The notes under the pieces: generated by a model
The model's input: only the letters and a program-made list of their open reading frames with translations
Told to the model about the DNA's origin: nothing
Database searches by the model: none
Origin: Carcharhinus amblyrhynchos
Lineage: Eukaryota
Direction: 5' to 3'
NCBI GenBank assembly: GCA_965287045.1
Contig: OZ336874.1
Span: forward strand, 25,544,001 to 25,608,000
Length of the DNA: 64,000 bases
Made by a program: the position numbers and the translations under genes
Shown here: positions 12,651 to 25,420 of the stretch, one piece after another
Layout of the letters: every line of letters begins with the position of its first letter
How positions within the stretch are numbered: the stretch's first letter is position 1

Positions 12651-14494
12651 GTTCTGTGATAAGTTTACTTCATATATACTGTGCATGAGCAGGAATTCAT
12701 AACACTCAATAATGTGAATGGATTTTCAGACAAGTGGATGTAGTTGTTGTAAAGCTCTTGCTTCAACAGCATTATCACAATTTTGCTTTTAACCATGCAT
12801 CTGCACTCACTTGAATTTACCGTGATGTTTGCACTTACATACATGTCATTTGCTTTTCCATCGTTTTGACAGCAATCTTTAGGCCATTAATTTTAGGTCT
12901 GAGGGTAATAGATTGTTGTCACAATGATATGGGGTGAGGTTAGATGGATCGAATTATGATGCCAATCAATCATGGTTTAATTGAATGGAGTAAAAGACTC
13001 AAGAGGATGAATGGCCTATTCCTATTCTTATGATCCTATGTTCCAGCGTATGACTGGTGGAACCTCAAAAAGAAACTGAGTTGGACAATTTAAACAACTT
13101 TCTTTCGGGGGCGATATGACAGAGAACCCCGTTTGAGCCAATTCTAACATCTCTAACCCTTAAAATCAAGGATTACCCTTTGGCAAACATCTGATTGAAG
13201 CTCCCACTACTACAGCCTTGTTGACCATTGACATGGGAATGCAGCCTCTAAAAACATATATAACAAGTTACCCAGGCCAACAGAAAGTTGTTAGAAAAAT
13301 AGAGGAATGAAGATTCCAGATAAGTATGAAAGTCAAACACCTCTACATAGCATTGTGCTCCCGGTGCACAGGTAGCACCAAACTGATTGATGTCAGATCT
13401 GTTCCAGACTGTTTGGTTCGGAGTTTGAAGTCTCTGAGTAAGTGTACTTGTACCAGCTCACTGACTTTGTGCTCAAGCTGTGCTGAGAGCCAGCAAGCTG
13501 CCACATTATTTCTCGCACTCCTTTTAAGCAATCCCTCTGGGGCAAAAAGTTCACTGTTATATCTGGCTTAGTCCAACACTGCATTTCATTTATTCAGGGT
13601 TATGGAGTATTTGATTTGCTTCCTCGGAAGTTAACTTGCTCTAAGAGGAATGGATGCATTTCTCTCTAGTTCCCCTGACTAGCTTTTCTCAAAGAAACAC
13701 TATCATGATCTCAGAATCGGAATTCTTGTATTACCATGCTAAGTAAAGAGCCACACTGTGTGTCACTAGCATCCATTTTGTGCATCAGTCTCCACCAAGT
13801 GCCTCTTTCTAGCACTCAGTTCACTCTACCTTGAGTGCAGACCCACCAGAACCATCCTTGACAATCTGCCAATTAGATTAATTAAAGTTGTAAATTGAAA
13901 ACTTCACTGACTGTGGTATCTGAAATTCCTTAGCTAGAAATGCAGAGTATCTGGAATTATGTTTCAGGGTTTTTTAAACAATTTGGTAAAAGTACTAACA
14001 CGAGCTCTCTTTTAATGTGAAATACTTGTAAAGTCCTGGTTGATAGATTGGATAAGCTAAGCTATGAATACATGCTTCAGGATCAGTTTTATCATAGCAT
14101 TTTCATCTGAAAATGAACAAGGAAATTAAAAGCAGTGAAAAGTAAATGAATAAACGGTATTTTAATTTTTTTCCTCTTTGTACATCCTTGTTTATTGCAT
14201 GGCCACTGAACAACGAGTGTAACAACCTCTACATTCTTGTGAAAACTTTTAGATTACAAATAAGAAAGATAGTGAAACTAAGCAACAAATGGATTCATGT
14301 CATCAAGAAACTATTTGGTTTATCAAGTTAACTTCAATTATATGACAAAAGACGTGATAATCTTGAATATTTAATTGATTGGACCGTAATATGATGCTCT
14401 CTATGACAATAAATCATGATACCAAAATAAGCGAGGTTTGGAGAAATGCAATTCTAATTCTAAAATTGGTTTGACTTCCTTAATGCATTTCTAC

Positions 14495-14706
14495 CTTCAT
14501 TTACTCCTCAACCAACATCACTAAAACAGATTGTCTGATCATCATCTCTTTAATGTTTGTGAATTCTTACTGTGCACAAATTGGTTAGACTGTTTTCTAT
14601 ATGCCAAAAGTTTTTATAAATGGGGATATGGGGATAGGGTGGGATTGTTGTTGGTGCAGGCTCAATGGGCCAAATGGCCTCCTGTACTGTTGGGATTCTA
14701 TGATTC
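14495..14706 (+). mobile_element. Deu-SINE fragment (14495-14610) followed by an HE1 tail (14620-14706)
   Basis: cctcaaccaacatcactaaaacagatt...tgtgcacaaattgg, then gggattgttgttggtgcaggctcaatgggcc...gattctatgattct. Confidence 0.75.
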
Positions 14707-15284
14707 TGGTGACAAAACTTCAAAAATATTAAAAGAAAAATGTTGAACATCAATCTACATGAAATAAATGGGAAGCGTGAGAACATTAAATGAGTTTATT
14801 TAAAAAAGAATTGAAAACAATTCCAACTAAGATTTTTATATTTTATTGAGCTGTTTTTCCCAATAAATGTGTTATCCTTTTAACTGCCACAATGATGTAA
14901 GTTTCACTGAATATGTAATAACTGTTCTATCATTGATTCAAATTGTTTTGTCCAATAGAAAGTTATCATTATTGACTTCCGTTAAAGAAAATCCTCATCT
15001 CTTGTAGTCAAACTTCATTGAGACATGTTCCATGTGCCCATCATATCAGTCCAAGCTCACAAATCCTTAAGCAGTCAAGCCCCACGAGTACCAGAATATA
15101 TAGTTTAGCGTGGGTTTTAATGCAATTAAGTAAATTTCATTTGAACAAATCAGTGACTGGGATAATTTAGTTTACAAAAGTTTGACATACATAGTTATGC
15201 ATGATTTTAGTAACATTGAGATGGGTTACATTTTTAATGCTGCTTTGTAGTTGCAATACTTTTTAACTCAAAAACTCAACACAT

Positions 15285-15628
15285 AGAGGAAATGGTACAG
15301 AGCTTCACATTTCTATGTGCCCAGGTCACCAAAAACCTGGCCTGGTTCCTCCATGCAGACACTTAGTTAAGAAAGTCTACCAATGCCTCTACTTTTTCAG
15401 GAGGCTAAAGAAATTTGGCATTTCTGATATGACTTTCACCAACCTTTACAGAAAGCATTTCTTCTGGATGTATCACAGCTTGATATGTTTCTCGCTTTGT
15501 CCATGACCACAAGAAACTACAAAGGGTCATGAACGAAGTCCAGTCCATCATGCAAACAGACCTCCCATCCATTGACTCTGTCTACACTTCCAACTGCCTC
15601 AGAAAAGCAGCCAATGTAACCAAGGATC
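15285..15628 (+). mobile_element. Rex1/Babar LINE fragment
   Basis: ORF 15315: VKKVYQCLYFFRRLKKFGI..TFTNLYR. Confidence 0.85.
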
Positions 15629-15649
15629 CAATAGGTGCAGGTCTGCTAG

Positions 15650-16140
15650 ATCCTAGGATTCTAGGAAACAGCTGACCTCTAGGCAAATGCCGAGCCTCTC
15701 AAAGTTTCTCCCAGAGCTGTTGAACATGCAAAGACTGAGTTGGGAACTCCAGGAAGGGATGTCAGCAACATTCTGGCAACCGTAAGATCAATTGAATGAG
15801 CCCCAACACAATTGCAAAAGATATTGCCTGCATTGGGAGACTCCCAAAATTGTAAAGGTGGCGACCACAGTGCAAAGCCTTGGACAAGAATTTGTAGTCA
15901 TGGGTGACAGAGTCAAAGGCATGACCGACTCTCTGAGGAACATGACTGAGGGCCTCAAGAACATGGCCCAGTCAGAGGACCATGCCAGAATGCTTCTAGA
16001 GCATGGTACAGCCTCTGAAGACCATGGCTAAAGGCCCCAAAAGCATGGCGCAAACACAAAGGATAATTGCTGAGAGATTCCAGAGCTCAGTCCAGACACC
16101 AAAGTACATCTCTGAGAGCTCTCACACAACGGTGATTCCT
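15650..16140 (+). pseudogene. Decayed coiled-coil coding remnant, probably the C-terminal part of the Harbinger accessory gene
   Basis: ELLNMQRLSWELQEGMSATF, then a 21-nt-period CATG repeat encoding Met heptads; convergent with the transposase. Confidence 0.5.
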
Positions 16141-16499
16141 CTGAGAAGGAGGATGATCAGTCAGATATGAACCCGGGTGTCTGTATGCAGTCAGATGATA
16201 GGACTTCTCAGCACCAGAACAGCATCACAACTTAACTCATGGCACATCGTCATCACTCTCCTGCCTGGCTACGTCTCTCACTGGCACTGCCAGCGCAGGT
16301 CCATCACCCTGGTGTGATGTCAATTACGTGCTCAGAGTAAGTTGGTGGTGGGTGCTATTCTGGGGAATATAAACAAGGGTTCTGGAAGAGTAGACAAGAT
16401 TTCAGGAGGGATAGGCAAGGATCTTGGAAGGGAGGATAAAATTTGAAAATTTGGTTCCGGGGGTGGGAAAGCTTTGGAGTTGCCAGACATCAAGACACC

Positions 16500-17336
16500 A
16501 ACTTGGAGAGTCTTGTGACAATGAGGGTCTCATTCTCTGGGCCCTCGTCGGACTTGTCATCCACTACTCCATCCTGGTCCTCCTCCTGGATATTGTCCCT
16601 CTACTGCATGAGGCTGTACAGAGCACAGCAGGCTCTGGAGGCTATGTTGAAGAGCATCACCAGACTGGTCCAGTCGAACCGCATCTTCAGCATGCCAATG
16701 TGCCACTCAGTGATGGACTGGGTGGCAGCGTGGGCCTCACTGGGGCAGGACTCCACCTCGGTCTCAAGCCACTGCCCTGGCACCTCAGCTAGTTGCTCTT
16801 GTCCACCATGAAACATCCCAGCAGCCTGGGGTTGTTCTAAAAAGACCCTTGGGATCTCCGAGTGACCCAGGACAAAGCTGTCGTGCATGCTGTCTGGATA
16901 TCACTGGCACACATACATGGCTTTTAGTCAGTGCTCGCAAACAAACATTCGGGAAGTGGAATCCTTTTCGGTTGATGAAGGACAGTCTCTGATGGACTCG
17001 CAGGGTGACATGCGTTCTGTCGATAGTCACCTGAAGCATACCGGCAATGGCAGTGTATCCTAAAGCTGACCTGGACTAGGGATGCCCAAAGTGGGATGCC
17101 TGGGCATATAGAGCATTCATGACCTTCGGATCCACTTGTCAACTGATGACTGGGAGATGACATAAAAGTGCCCATTCGAGCCCTGGAATGACCCTGTAGC
17201 AAAACAATTCAGGGCTGCCGTGACCTACATGGCTACTAGGAACAGGTGTACCTCTTCCATAAGGTACCAGACCAATGAAGATCTGGCACAAGTCCCACAC
17301 TGACTCCCTCCCCAGGCAGAGTCTTTGGTGGCACAT
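16500..17336 (-). pseudogene. PIF/Harbinger (HARBI1-like DDE) transposase pseudogene
   Basis: Colinear motifs across frameshifted ORFs: CHQRLCLGRESVWDLC, TIDRTHV..FINRKGFH, MHDSFVL, EAHAATQSITEWHIGMLKMRF, ACCALYS, acidic tail. Confidence 0.9.
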
Positions 17337-17959
17337 GGTGCCTGGCAGCTGATTATAGTGAGCAGGGTAACCAGTGCTACATTACTGGGCTTTAAACTGA
17401 CCTCAGATGAAATCAGCTAAAGCTTCTTCAGCGGGCTGAGCTAAGACTAGCCACATCACCTCCATCCTGGCAGAGAACCAGACTGAGGACCTCTGACCAG
17501 CCTGAGTCCACAGAGCACCTTGAAGGCCCCCATTCTACTACACACCATGGCAGTGGCTATCTTCCCCTTGAGCACCCTGAAGGTGAGTGCTGAGCAACTC
17601 TCACCTCCTCCTTCACCCTCTCAAAGCATGGTACCTCATCCACACTTTAAGGGACCAGTTGTGAATTGTGCCCGCATGACTCCCTGCTGGGGGAAAGGGA
17701 ACATTCCGGAAGGAGTGAGGTTCGTATACCAAACATGTTAATGAGATTGAAATTCAGCCAATCTCATGTAAAGAAGCTTCTTCCTCTTTTCTGGGTGAGG
17801 TCCAGTATGTGCCAGCAGGAAAGGGCAGGGGAATCACAAATTGTTTTGGAACTGGCACAAATCCTCACAGAAAATTTCCCAACTGAGCAGGTTCTGTGGT
17901 GGGTGAAATGCAGCTAGAGAATCACCCCTCAAAGCATGAACTCCATAGAAAAAAGTTCA

Positions 17960-18315
17960 CCAGGTTAAAAAGAGAAAAGGAAATGAGAGGCATAGATAAG
18001 GTCGATAGTCAACATCTTTTCCCAAAGGTAGGGGAGTCTAAAACTGGAAGACATAGGTTTAAGTTGACAAAGAAAAGATACCAAAGGGTCCAGAGAGGCA
18101 ATTGTTTCACTCAGAGGCTGAGTGAAACGAACTGCCAAAGGCAGTTGAGGGGGGTACAATTTTGTCTTTTAGTAAGCATTTAGACAGTTTCATGGGTAAG
18201 ATGGATATAGAGGGATATGGGCCAAATGCGGGCAAATGGGACTAGCTTAGTGGTAAAACTTTGGGCCGAAGGGACTGATTCCATGCTGCAAATCTGTAGC
18301 ATTCTATGACTCTAT
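17960..18315 (+). mobile_element. CR1 LINE 3' end
   Basis: MRGIDKVDSQHLFPKVGESKTGRHRFK; tail ttctatgactctat. Confidence 0.9.
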
Positions 18316-18960
18316 AAAAGAAACTGTTTAAGTCAATGAAAATGGTAGTGTAGAGAAGAAATGTGATGCAAAGATTTCATTGCCATAAGATGATGGTTGC
18401 AAAAGCAAATTGTTGAAAGCTGGATGATAAACCAGTGTCAGTAATAAGGAAACTTCAGAAAAGTTTGCATTAGAAATGGAAGGAGATGTTAAAATTATAG
18501 CACTGGGGCAAGTGGAAAACGTTCCACGGTGAAAGCTGCATTAGAAATCAAAGATTGTAAGAGACACGTTACATTGACTGTTTATGCCTCAGTGTACAGG
18601 GATGCAAAATATAGTTAAAAAAATTCTTCCTTGAATGCCGTTAAAATGAGGCAGGTTGTTGAAGTTTATGAAAATTTTGTGTCAAATGGAAAGGTATTAT
18701 ATAAAATATAAAACGAATGAACAATTTCATATCTTGACAGTTACTGGAGCAGATCTGTCATTGATGGTTGGTAATGATACAATTTGTGTTCCCAATTGTT
18801 TGATGAGAGAAAGTACTAATATCAGATCTTTATGGAACTTGTGAACCTGTTCCCTTGTGTAAAGTTAATTTATGAATTGACTGAGTGAGGGAACATAGAA
18901 GGATGGATTTTATATTGAGTAATGATTTGAAATTCTGACCATCTCTGAGAGTTTTGAGAA

Positions 18961-19150
18961 GTGAGAAGTCTCACAACACCAGGTTAAAGTTCAACAGGTT
19001 CAATAAGATTTTGCTAACAAATAAGTTCTAACAAATACTACCAAATCCACTCGTGGATTTTGCCACCAAATAAACCTGTTGGACTTTAACCTTGTGTTGT
19101 GAGACTTCTTACTCTGTTTACCCCAGTCTAACTCTGGCATCTCCACATCA
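18961..19150. mobile_element. Penelope-like inverted-repeat insertion
   Basis: agaagtctcacaacaccaggttaaagttcaacaggtt (18964-19000) pairs with aacctgttggactttaaccttgtgttgtgagacttct (19073-19109). Confidence 0.75.
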
Positions 19151-19711
19151 GTTTTGAGAAGGCCAGTTGAGATGAGAGAAGTAGAGATTTTGCGGGAAAA
19201 ACACCCTAGATTGCTACTCAAATGTACCATAGTTGGAGCTCAACATCAGAAGGATAGACAGGATGAGAGAAACTCCATTAGCCCAGGACCAAAAAAGTCA
19301 GTATCAGAAATGCAGGAATGTCAAAGGTTTTGTGAGGAATTAGACTCCGCTAAGGAAAGGTTAATCAGCACAAAAAGCTCACTTTCATGCACAATAGATG
19401 AGCTTGCTGATGAAAAATGGGAACTGGTGGGAGCACTGATGTGTCGGCCACAGGAAGTACAGTACTGGAATGAGGGCTTGAAATGTCTAAATGATGAACT
19501 TTTTGAAGAAAACCCTACAAAAATAGATCTATAATTCAAATTTGTTGGAGAATGTATGTTCTCCATAAAAATGTACGGAGAATTAAATCTCAAGTGTTGG
19601 AACTTCACTGTGAAAAGAGCAACAAAATTCTTGAATATCGATGCAATCCGGAGCACAAAAGGAATGAGAAATACCGTGTGAAAGACTTTAAAAGCAGGTT
19701 AGAAAAACTTT

Positions 19712-19971
19712 CGCTTCCCGGCTTGGGTCACTGTCTGTGCGGAGTTTGCACTTTCTCCCTGTGTCTGCGTGGGTTTCTTTCATACGCTCTGGTTTCCTCC
19801 CACAGTCCAAAGACGTGTGGGTTAAGTTGATTGACCATGGTAAATTGACTCTAGTTTCAGGGGCATGAGCAGAGTAAATATATGGGGTTACCAGGATAGG
19901 GTGGGATTGTTGTTGGTGCAGGCTCGATGGGCCGAATGGCTTCCTTTTGTACTGTAGTGATTCTATGATTC
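19712..19971 (+). mobile_element. 5'-truncated HE1-type V-SINE
   Basis: V-domain plus CR1-type tail. Confidence 0.9.
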
Positions 19972-20429
19972 CAACTGAACTCACCAGAGCAGTCGCTGAG
20001 CTGAATGGAATGATTTATAAACTTGGAAAAGAATTGGAAAATGAAAGAGTAAATATTTGGAATAAATTGTGAAGGAAGTGGAGATGAATGTTTAATTTTT
20101 TTTAAGTTTCAACAAGAAGAATGTGATGATGTGCAGAAGGCTTTGACAGATATCTTGGATTTGTTATACAACAACCTGAGTGAAAGGAGAAAAGCTCTTT
20201 TGGTGCAGGTTTATTCAGTTGGTATTGATTAAAACAATGAGACAACACAATCTGTTCTGGCAGAAGTGAATGAAGAAGATAATTTTGAAGCTGGTTAGTC
20301 TATCAAACATACATGGTTTCCATAGAAACTTAAAAGATTCACTGAAGGCATCTTTCCATTAAGAGAGGAAAATAATTTCCTACGTTCTTCTGCATTGAAT
20401 TTGAGAAGCCTGCATTAAGATTAACTTAC

Positions 20430-20855
20430 GCAATGTGGCCATTGCTGACTAAGCCATTATTTATTGTCCATTCTAGCTGCCTTGAGAATGTGTTGGTGAA
20501 CCTCCTTCTTGAACTGCTGCAGTCCCTGAGGTGTAGGTACAGGTGCTGTTGGGAAGGGAGTTCCAGGATTTTGTTCTTGCGACCATGAATAATATATTTT
20601 TATTTCAGTAATATGTTTCCAATTCAGGGTGGTTAGTGACTTGGCGGGGTACCTTCATGTGACGCTGTTCCCAGGTATCTGCTGGTCTTGTCTTCTGAAT
20701 GATAGTGTTGTGGGTTTGGAAGGTGCTGCCTAAAGAGCCTTGGTGAGTTCCTGAAATGCCATTTGTAGAATATACACATGACTGCCACCGTTCATTGATG
20801 GTGGAAGGATTGGATGCTTGTGAAAGGGGTAGCAATCATGCAGGTTGCTTTGTCC
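20430..20855 (-). mobile_element. LINE 3' end (L2/CR1 group), same family as 48710-50225
   Basis: Homology to 49820-50030; end tttattgtccattctagctgccttgag resembles the tail of the 21485 SINE. Confidence 0.7.
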
Positions 20856-20902
20856 TATTTTTGTATTGTATAGTGTGCCTGATGTAACATACATGCATAT
20901 GA

Positions 20903-21150
20903 TGTAGAAGCAGGAGTATGCTACTCAGCCCCTTGAGACTGTTTCGCTTTTCAATAAGATCATAGCTAATCTAATTCTAACCTCGACTTCACTTTCCTTC
21001 CTAACTCTGAAAATCCTTCACCCCCCTTGTTTATTGAGAACCATCTACCTCTACCTTAAAATATTCAAATATCCACTGGTTTTTGAAGAAGAATTAAAAA
21101 GATTCATTATCCCCCAAGAGAAAACATTTCTCATCATGTCTTTCCTAAAT
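20903..21150 (-). mobile_element. CR1 3' end
   Basis: agaagcaggagtatgctactcagccccttgag tail; MMRNVFSWGIMNLFNS remnant. Confidence 0.7.
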
Positions 21151-21484
21151 GAGTAACACCTTGGTTGTGATTTTATCGGCTTCTTCCACCCCTTCATGAG
21201 ACGCACCGGATTTCTCATCTCTCGCGATCTTACTGGCACCGGATACCTAGCACGACTAGTCTCTCGCTCATTTCCAGCGAGAGGCTGAGTAATTTATTTT
21301 AATTTATTGAAATGTTAATTTGCATGTGTTTAGCAAGCCCAGGGCACAATTGTCCAGGTTCACTTGCTTTTGTGGCCTTGCCAGGGGAGTTCCTGCCTTC
21401 TCTTCCAACATCACTGATGACCTGGAGTGTGTCCAGCTTTAGAGTGTTCCAAATCCAGGAAACACAAGTTTTTTTTATATATGA

Positions 21485-21835
21485 TTCATTTGTGGGACAT
21501 GAGCATCACTGGCTCGCCAGCATTTATTGCCCATCCCCAGTTGTCCTTGGAGGGCAGTTGAGAGCCAATCGCATTGCTGTGGCTCTGAAGTCACATATAG
21601 GCCAGAGTAGCTAAGGACGACAGATTTCCTTCCCTAAGTTAGTGAACCAGGATGGGTTTTTCCAACAATTGGCAATTGTTTCATGGTCATCAGTAGATTC
21701 TTAATTCCAGACATTTTTTATGGAATTCAAATTCCACCATCTGCTGTGCTGGAATTTGAACCCAGGTCCCCAGAACATTAGCTGAGTTGCTGGATTAATA
21801 GTCTACTAATAATATCACTAGGCCATTGTCTCCCC
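21485..21835 (-). mobile_element. Full-length tRNA-derived SINE (second family)
   Basis: Reverse-strand head with B-box-like gggttcaaattcc and a LINE-like tail. Confidence 0.8.
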
Positions 21836-22699
21836 TATAAAAGCTAATGAAGTCTTCACCAAGAAATGGAAGCATGGAAAAGAATACAAAACATGTCCAT
21901 CGCCATGCTCACCAGATTGCTCCATATTGCAAACCTGTTTGTATATTCTGTAATAAAATCCAGGAGGGTTACCCAACACTTTCAACAATCTGAGGCCTTT
22001 AACTAACTGAGTCAAACCATAACATCAGGGAACAAGCTTCATTCTCATACTGAGAATTGCAATGAGATCAGACATTACAAACAGTTCATAAACTGAAGGG
22101 ACCGCACAATCTTAGTGAAAGAAATTGATAGCAACTAGCTGTAACATCTAGAACTGAACAGGGTTTATTTGTGAAATTAGTGTAACCATTGGCAACATTA
22201 TCAACCAGTTGACTCAACAGAAGACAGGATTGAATGGTTTGTCTCAACATGGTAACTTTGTATCACAATTTATGAACATTATAATAAGTAATATGATACA
22301 TCATATTCTATTAATCCACAGCAGGGTAATAGGATGCACTAGTTGAAGTTGCTGTTGTCATTAAATCTTCAATATTTTTGCTCATAGGCAGGCTGGATCC
22401 AAAACATGGGTACTGATAGTCACACAACAACACTTTCATATACTTCCCTGTTTCCCCTCAGCATCTGACTGCTACCTCTCCTTGAATTTGCTGCTTTAGT
22501 CCCAGTAAAGGAAATCCATACAATATGTTATAGACAGGAGGAGGATTAATTTAAACGGCTCTTACCTGTTTGTAAACATAAGGGTGTTTTCTATATTATT
22601 TTTATTTCCCCCTTAATAAGTGGGAGCTTTTTTTCCATAATTGTTAAATTTGGAGTCTTCCAATCCTCTATGAATATTTTGCAAAGCAAACTCAAGATA

Positions 22700-23375
22700 A
22701 ATGCTTTGAAAGGCTAGTCATGGGACAAAACAATTCCAGTCTCCCGGACCACCTGGATCCACTATAGTTTGCCTAATGCTGCCACAGGTCCACAGCAGAC
22801 GCCATTTCCCTGACCCTGCACTCAACCCCAGAATGCCTAGATAACGAGGACATCTATGTCAGACTCCTATTTATTGAATACAGCTCAGCCTTCAACACTA
22901 TTATTCCCACGAAACTCATCTCTAAGCTCCGTGGCCTAGGCCTCGGCACCTCCCTCTGCGACTGGATCATGAACTTGCTAACTTACAGACTACAATCAGT
23001 AAGGATAGGCAACAACACCTCATCCACAATCAAGGCTGTGTTCTTGGCCCCCTGTTAAACTCCTTTTACACCTACAACTGTGTGGCCAAATTCCCCCCCA
23101 ATTCAATTTTCAAGTTTGCTGGTGACACCACCGTTCTGGGTCAGATCTCAAACAATGACGAGACAGAGTACAGGAATAAGATAGAGAATCTGGTGAACTG
23201 GTGTGGCAACAATAATCTCTTCCTTAGTGTCAACAAAGCAAATGAGATTGTCATCGACTTCAGGAGGCATAAAGGAGAACATGTACCTGTGTACATCAAT
23301 GGGGACAAAGTATAGTGCACAAGAAACAATACTTTTTACTGTATGTTAATACATGTGACTATAATTAATCAAATT
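22700..23375 (+). mobile_element. Rex1/Babar LINE RT fragment with internal deletions and 3' tail
   Basis: [52 protein letters not shown]. Confidence 0.92.
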
Positions 23376-23400
23376 TTAAAAAACAAAGGGTTGATTTATC

Positions 23401-23424
23401 ACACACACACACACACACACACAC
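23401..23424. repeat. (AC)12 microsatellite
   Basis: Direct reading. Confidence 0.98.
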
Positions 23425-23733
23425 GATCGTACAGTGGTTGCACTGCTGCTGCATAGTGCCAGGGGTGCAGGTTCAATTCTGGCCTTGGGTGACTGTCTGT
23501 TGGAGTTTGTGCATTCTCCCTGTGTCTATGTGGGTTTCCTCTGGATTCTCTAGTTTTCTCTCACAGTCCAAAGATGTGCAGGTTAGGTTGATTGGCCATG
23601 ATAAATTGATCCTTAGTGTCTGAGAGATTAGCAGGGTAAATACATGGAGTTATGGGGATTGGGCCTGGATAGGATTGTTGTTAGTGCATGCTTGATGGGC
23701 TGAATGGCCTCCTTCTGCACTATAGGATTCTAT
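23425..23733 (+). mobile_element. HE1-type V-SINE
   Basis: Head, V-domain and tail. Confidence 0.9.
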
Positions 23734-24984
23734 GGATACATGTAAAGGGATTTCACAATACCTGATTCTTTTGCACTCATATGACAAAAGAGAAATAAGG
23801 GAAAGAAAGGGGTGCAGGACCAAACCACAAGTGAGTTCAGAATAATGAGTCAAAATTCTAACGGAGGGTTTTTTTCTGAGGATAGGCTGGCTGACTATCA
23901 CTGGTGATCTGTCTTTCCAGAACTGAGACTTTTATGAGGGGAGAAGACACTTAAGAGTGCTTTGAAGGCACCAGTTCCAATGTTCCAAGAGTTCACTGTG
24001 TAGATGCGGACCAGATGTATTTGGACAGAGCTCCTTCTGCTGCTACCTGATTGATGGTAAGATGGTACACAGCAACAAGCTGTTTACACGGAGTTACTAC
24101 TTTCTTGGAGGTCAAACGGAAACATCCAAAAATAACTTCCTACAGCATTTTAATTAAAGAAGTTCAGACAGCTCATGTCTCGATCATGTGACACTGATTT
24201 CAGGTTGACTAAACATTGTCCTTGTTTGAAACCCATTATGATTTGAAGCAGTTAAGAGTGAGGCCATTAACACCGCCTTGGAATATTAAAAGTCAAAAAA
24301 AAGCTACTTTTGTCCATAGCTAACAGAGACAGACATACCATTGTGCCATATCCGGGGCTGCCTTAGAAATGAGAAAATGGCTGCTGTATTTCTCTGGGAT
24401 TTTATCGTCAGAAGTAACAGAGGCATCAGTGACTCTTTTAAAGGTAACGAGTTCCCTGCTCATTTTCTGAAGGTTAGAAATTCCTCTGGTGTGATTCATG
24501 CGCAGTCAAGGAAAACCTTGTTCATTTAAAAAAAAGATAATTTTTACAGAATAACTGGGTGAGGTAGTTACGTGTTTATTTTTCATTTGGTCTCAGCCAG
24601 AACAAACTACTAATCATCATCGGTAAATCATCAGTGTTTTGTTGGTGTCAGTCTGAAGGATGGATAATAGTTACCAGCCTTAACTGGTTTGCATGCTGAA
24701 GTCAAGTCCCAGGAAGCGATTCACTTTGTCCCTTCCCCTCTCTCCTCTATCTGCATACACATCATAAAGTTTAATAGATTCATCAACAATTGATGAAAAT
24801 CCTTGACCCAAACAACGTGTTTAGCAGAGCTGGAATTGGATTCAACTTTGTGTAAGACCCTTATCAGTACTGATAAACTCCCCCACTTTATGGATACCAA
24901 TCTTGTGTCAGCAGTCCTGATCTTTGGCATCTGATGTGTTTGATTATTAGGAGCATTCAGCCTTTTGGTAACCAAACTGAAGTG

Positions 24985-25420
24985 TTGTGGGTAATTTACC
25001 ACCAGAGTCAGACTTGGAGGTTCAATAAGACAGTTTTATTTCGGACACAAAGCTTCAGGAGAAAGCACTGGTACTCTGCAGTACTTAGCAGCTACCTTCT
25101 TAATCATACAATAGCAATCATTTTTATACCCTTCAGACAATAGGTAGTCCAGACATTAGCCATTTAACACATCGTTATAGTTGAGTAGACAGATTATGGT
25201 GATCAATAGTTAACACATCATTACAATCAAGCAGTTACAGGCATGAGCAGTTAACATAGCATTGTTCATAGAATGGATACATTTCCTCTATCAATGACTG
25301 GTTTCGATCTATACATTCCCATCTCTGCCCATTATCATCTGGTTATCACCATATGTAAGCCTGCTCATTCTGCCATTATCATCCAAATGAAAGTCAAAGT
25401 TGTTTATGCAATGGTTTCAT
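24985..25420 (-). mobile_element. LTR-like element
   Basis: Reverse-strand AATAAA at ~25035 and short imperfect internal repeats (ttaacacatc..tta); ends unverified. Confidence 0.35.

Larger units (their letters stand above)
18320..20420 (+). pseudogene. Decayed coding sequence of an unidentified Glu/Lys-rich coiled-coil protein, split by two insertions
   Basis: Successive + strand frames: CQRFCEELDSAKERLISTKSSLSCTIDELADEK, VKDFKSRLEKL, [SINE], TELTRAVAELNGMIYKLGKELENERV, QQEECDDVQKALTDILDLLYNNLSERRKAL. Confidence 0.5.

Noticed and set aside
13326-13584. Overlapping short ORFs as a possible exon
   Set aside because: No recognisable homology or splice structure
15899-16050. Regularly spaced CATG as a CRISPR-like array
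   Set aside because: Only 4 bp is conserved, the period equals 7 codons, the context is eukaryotic, and there are no cas genes
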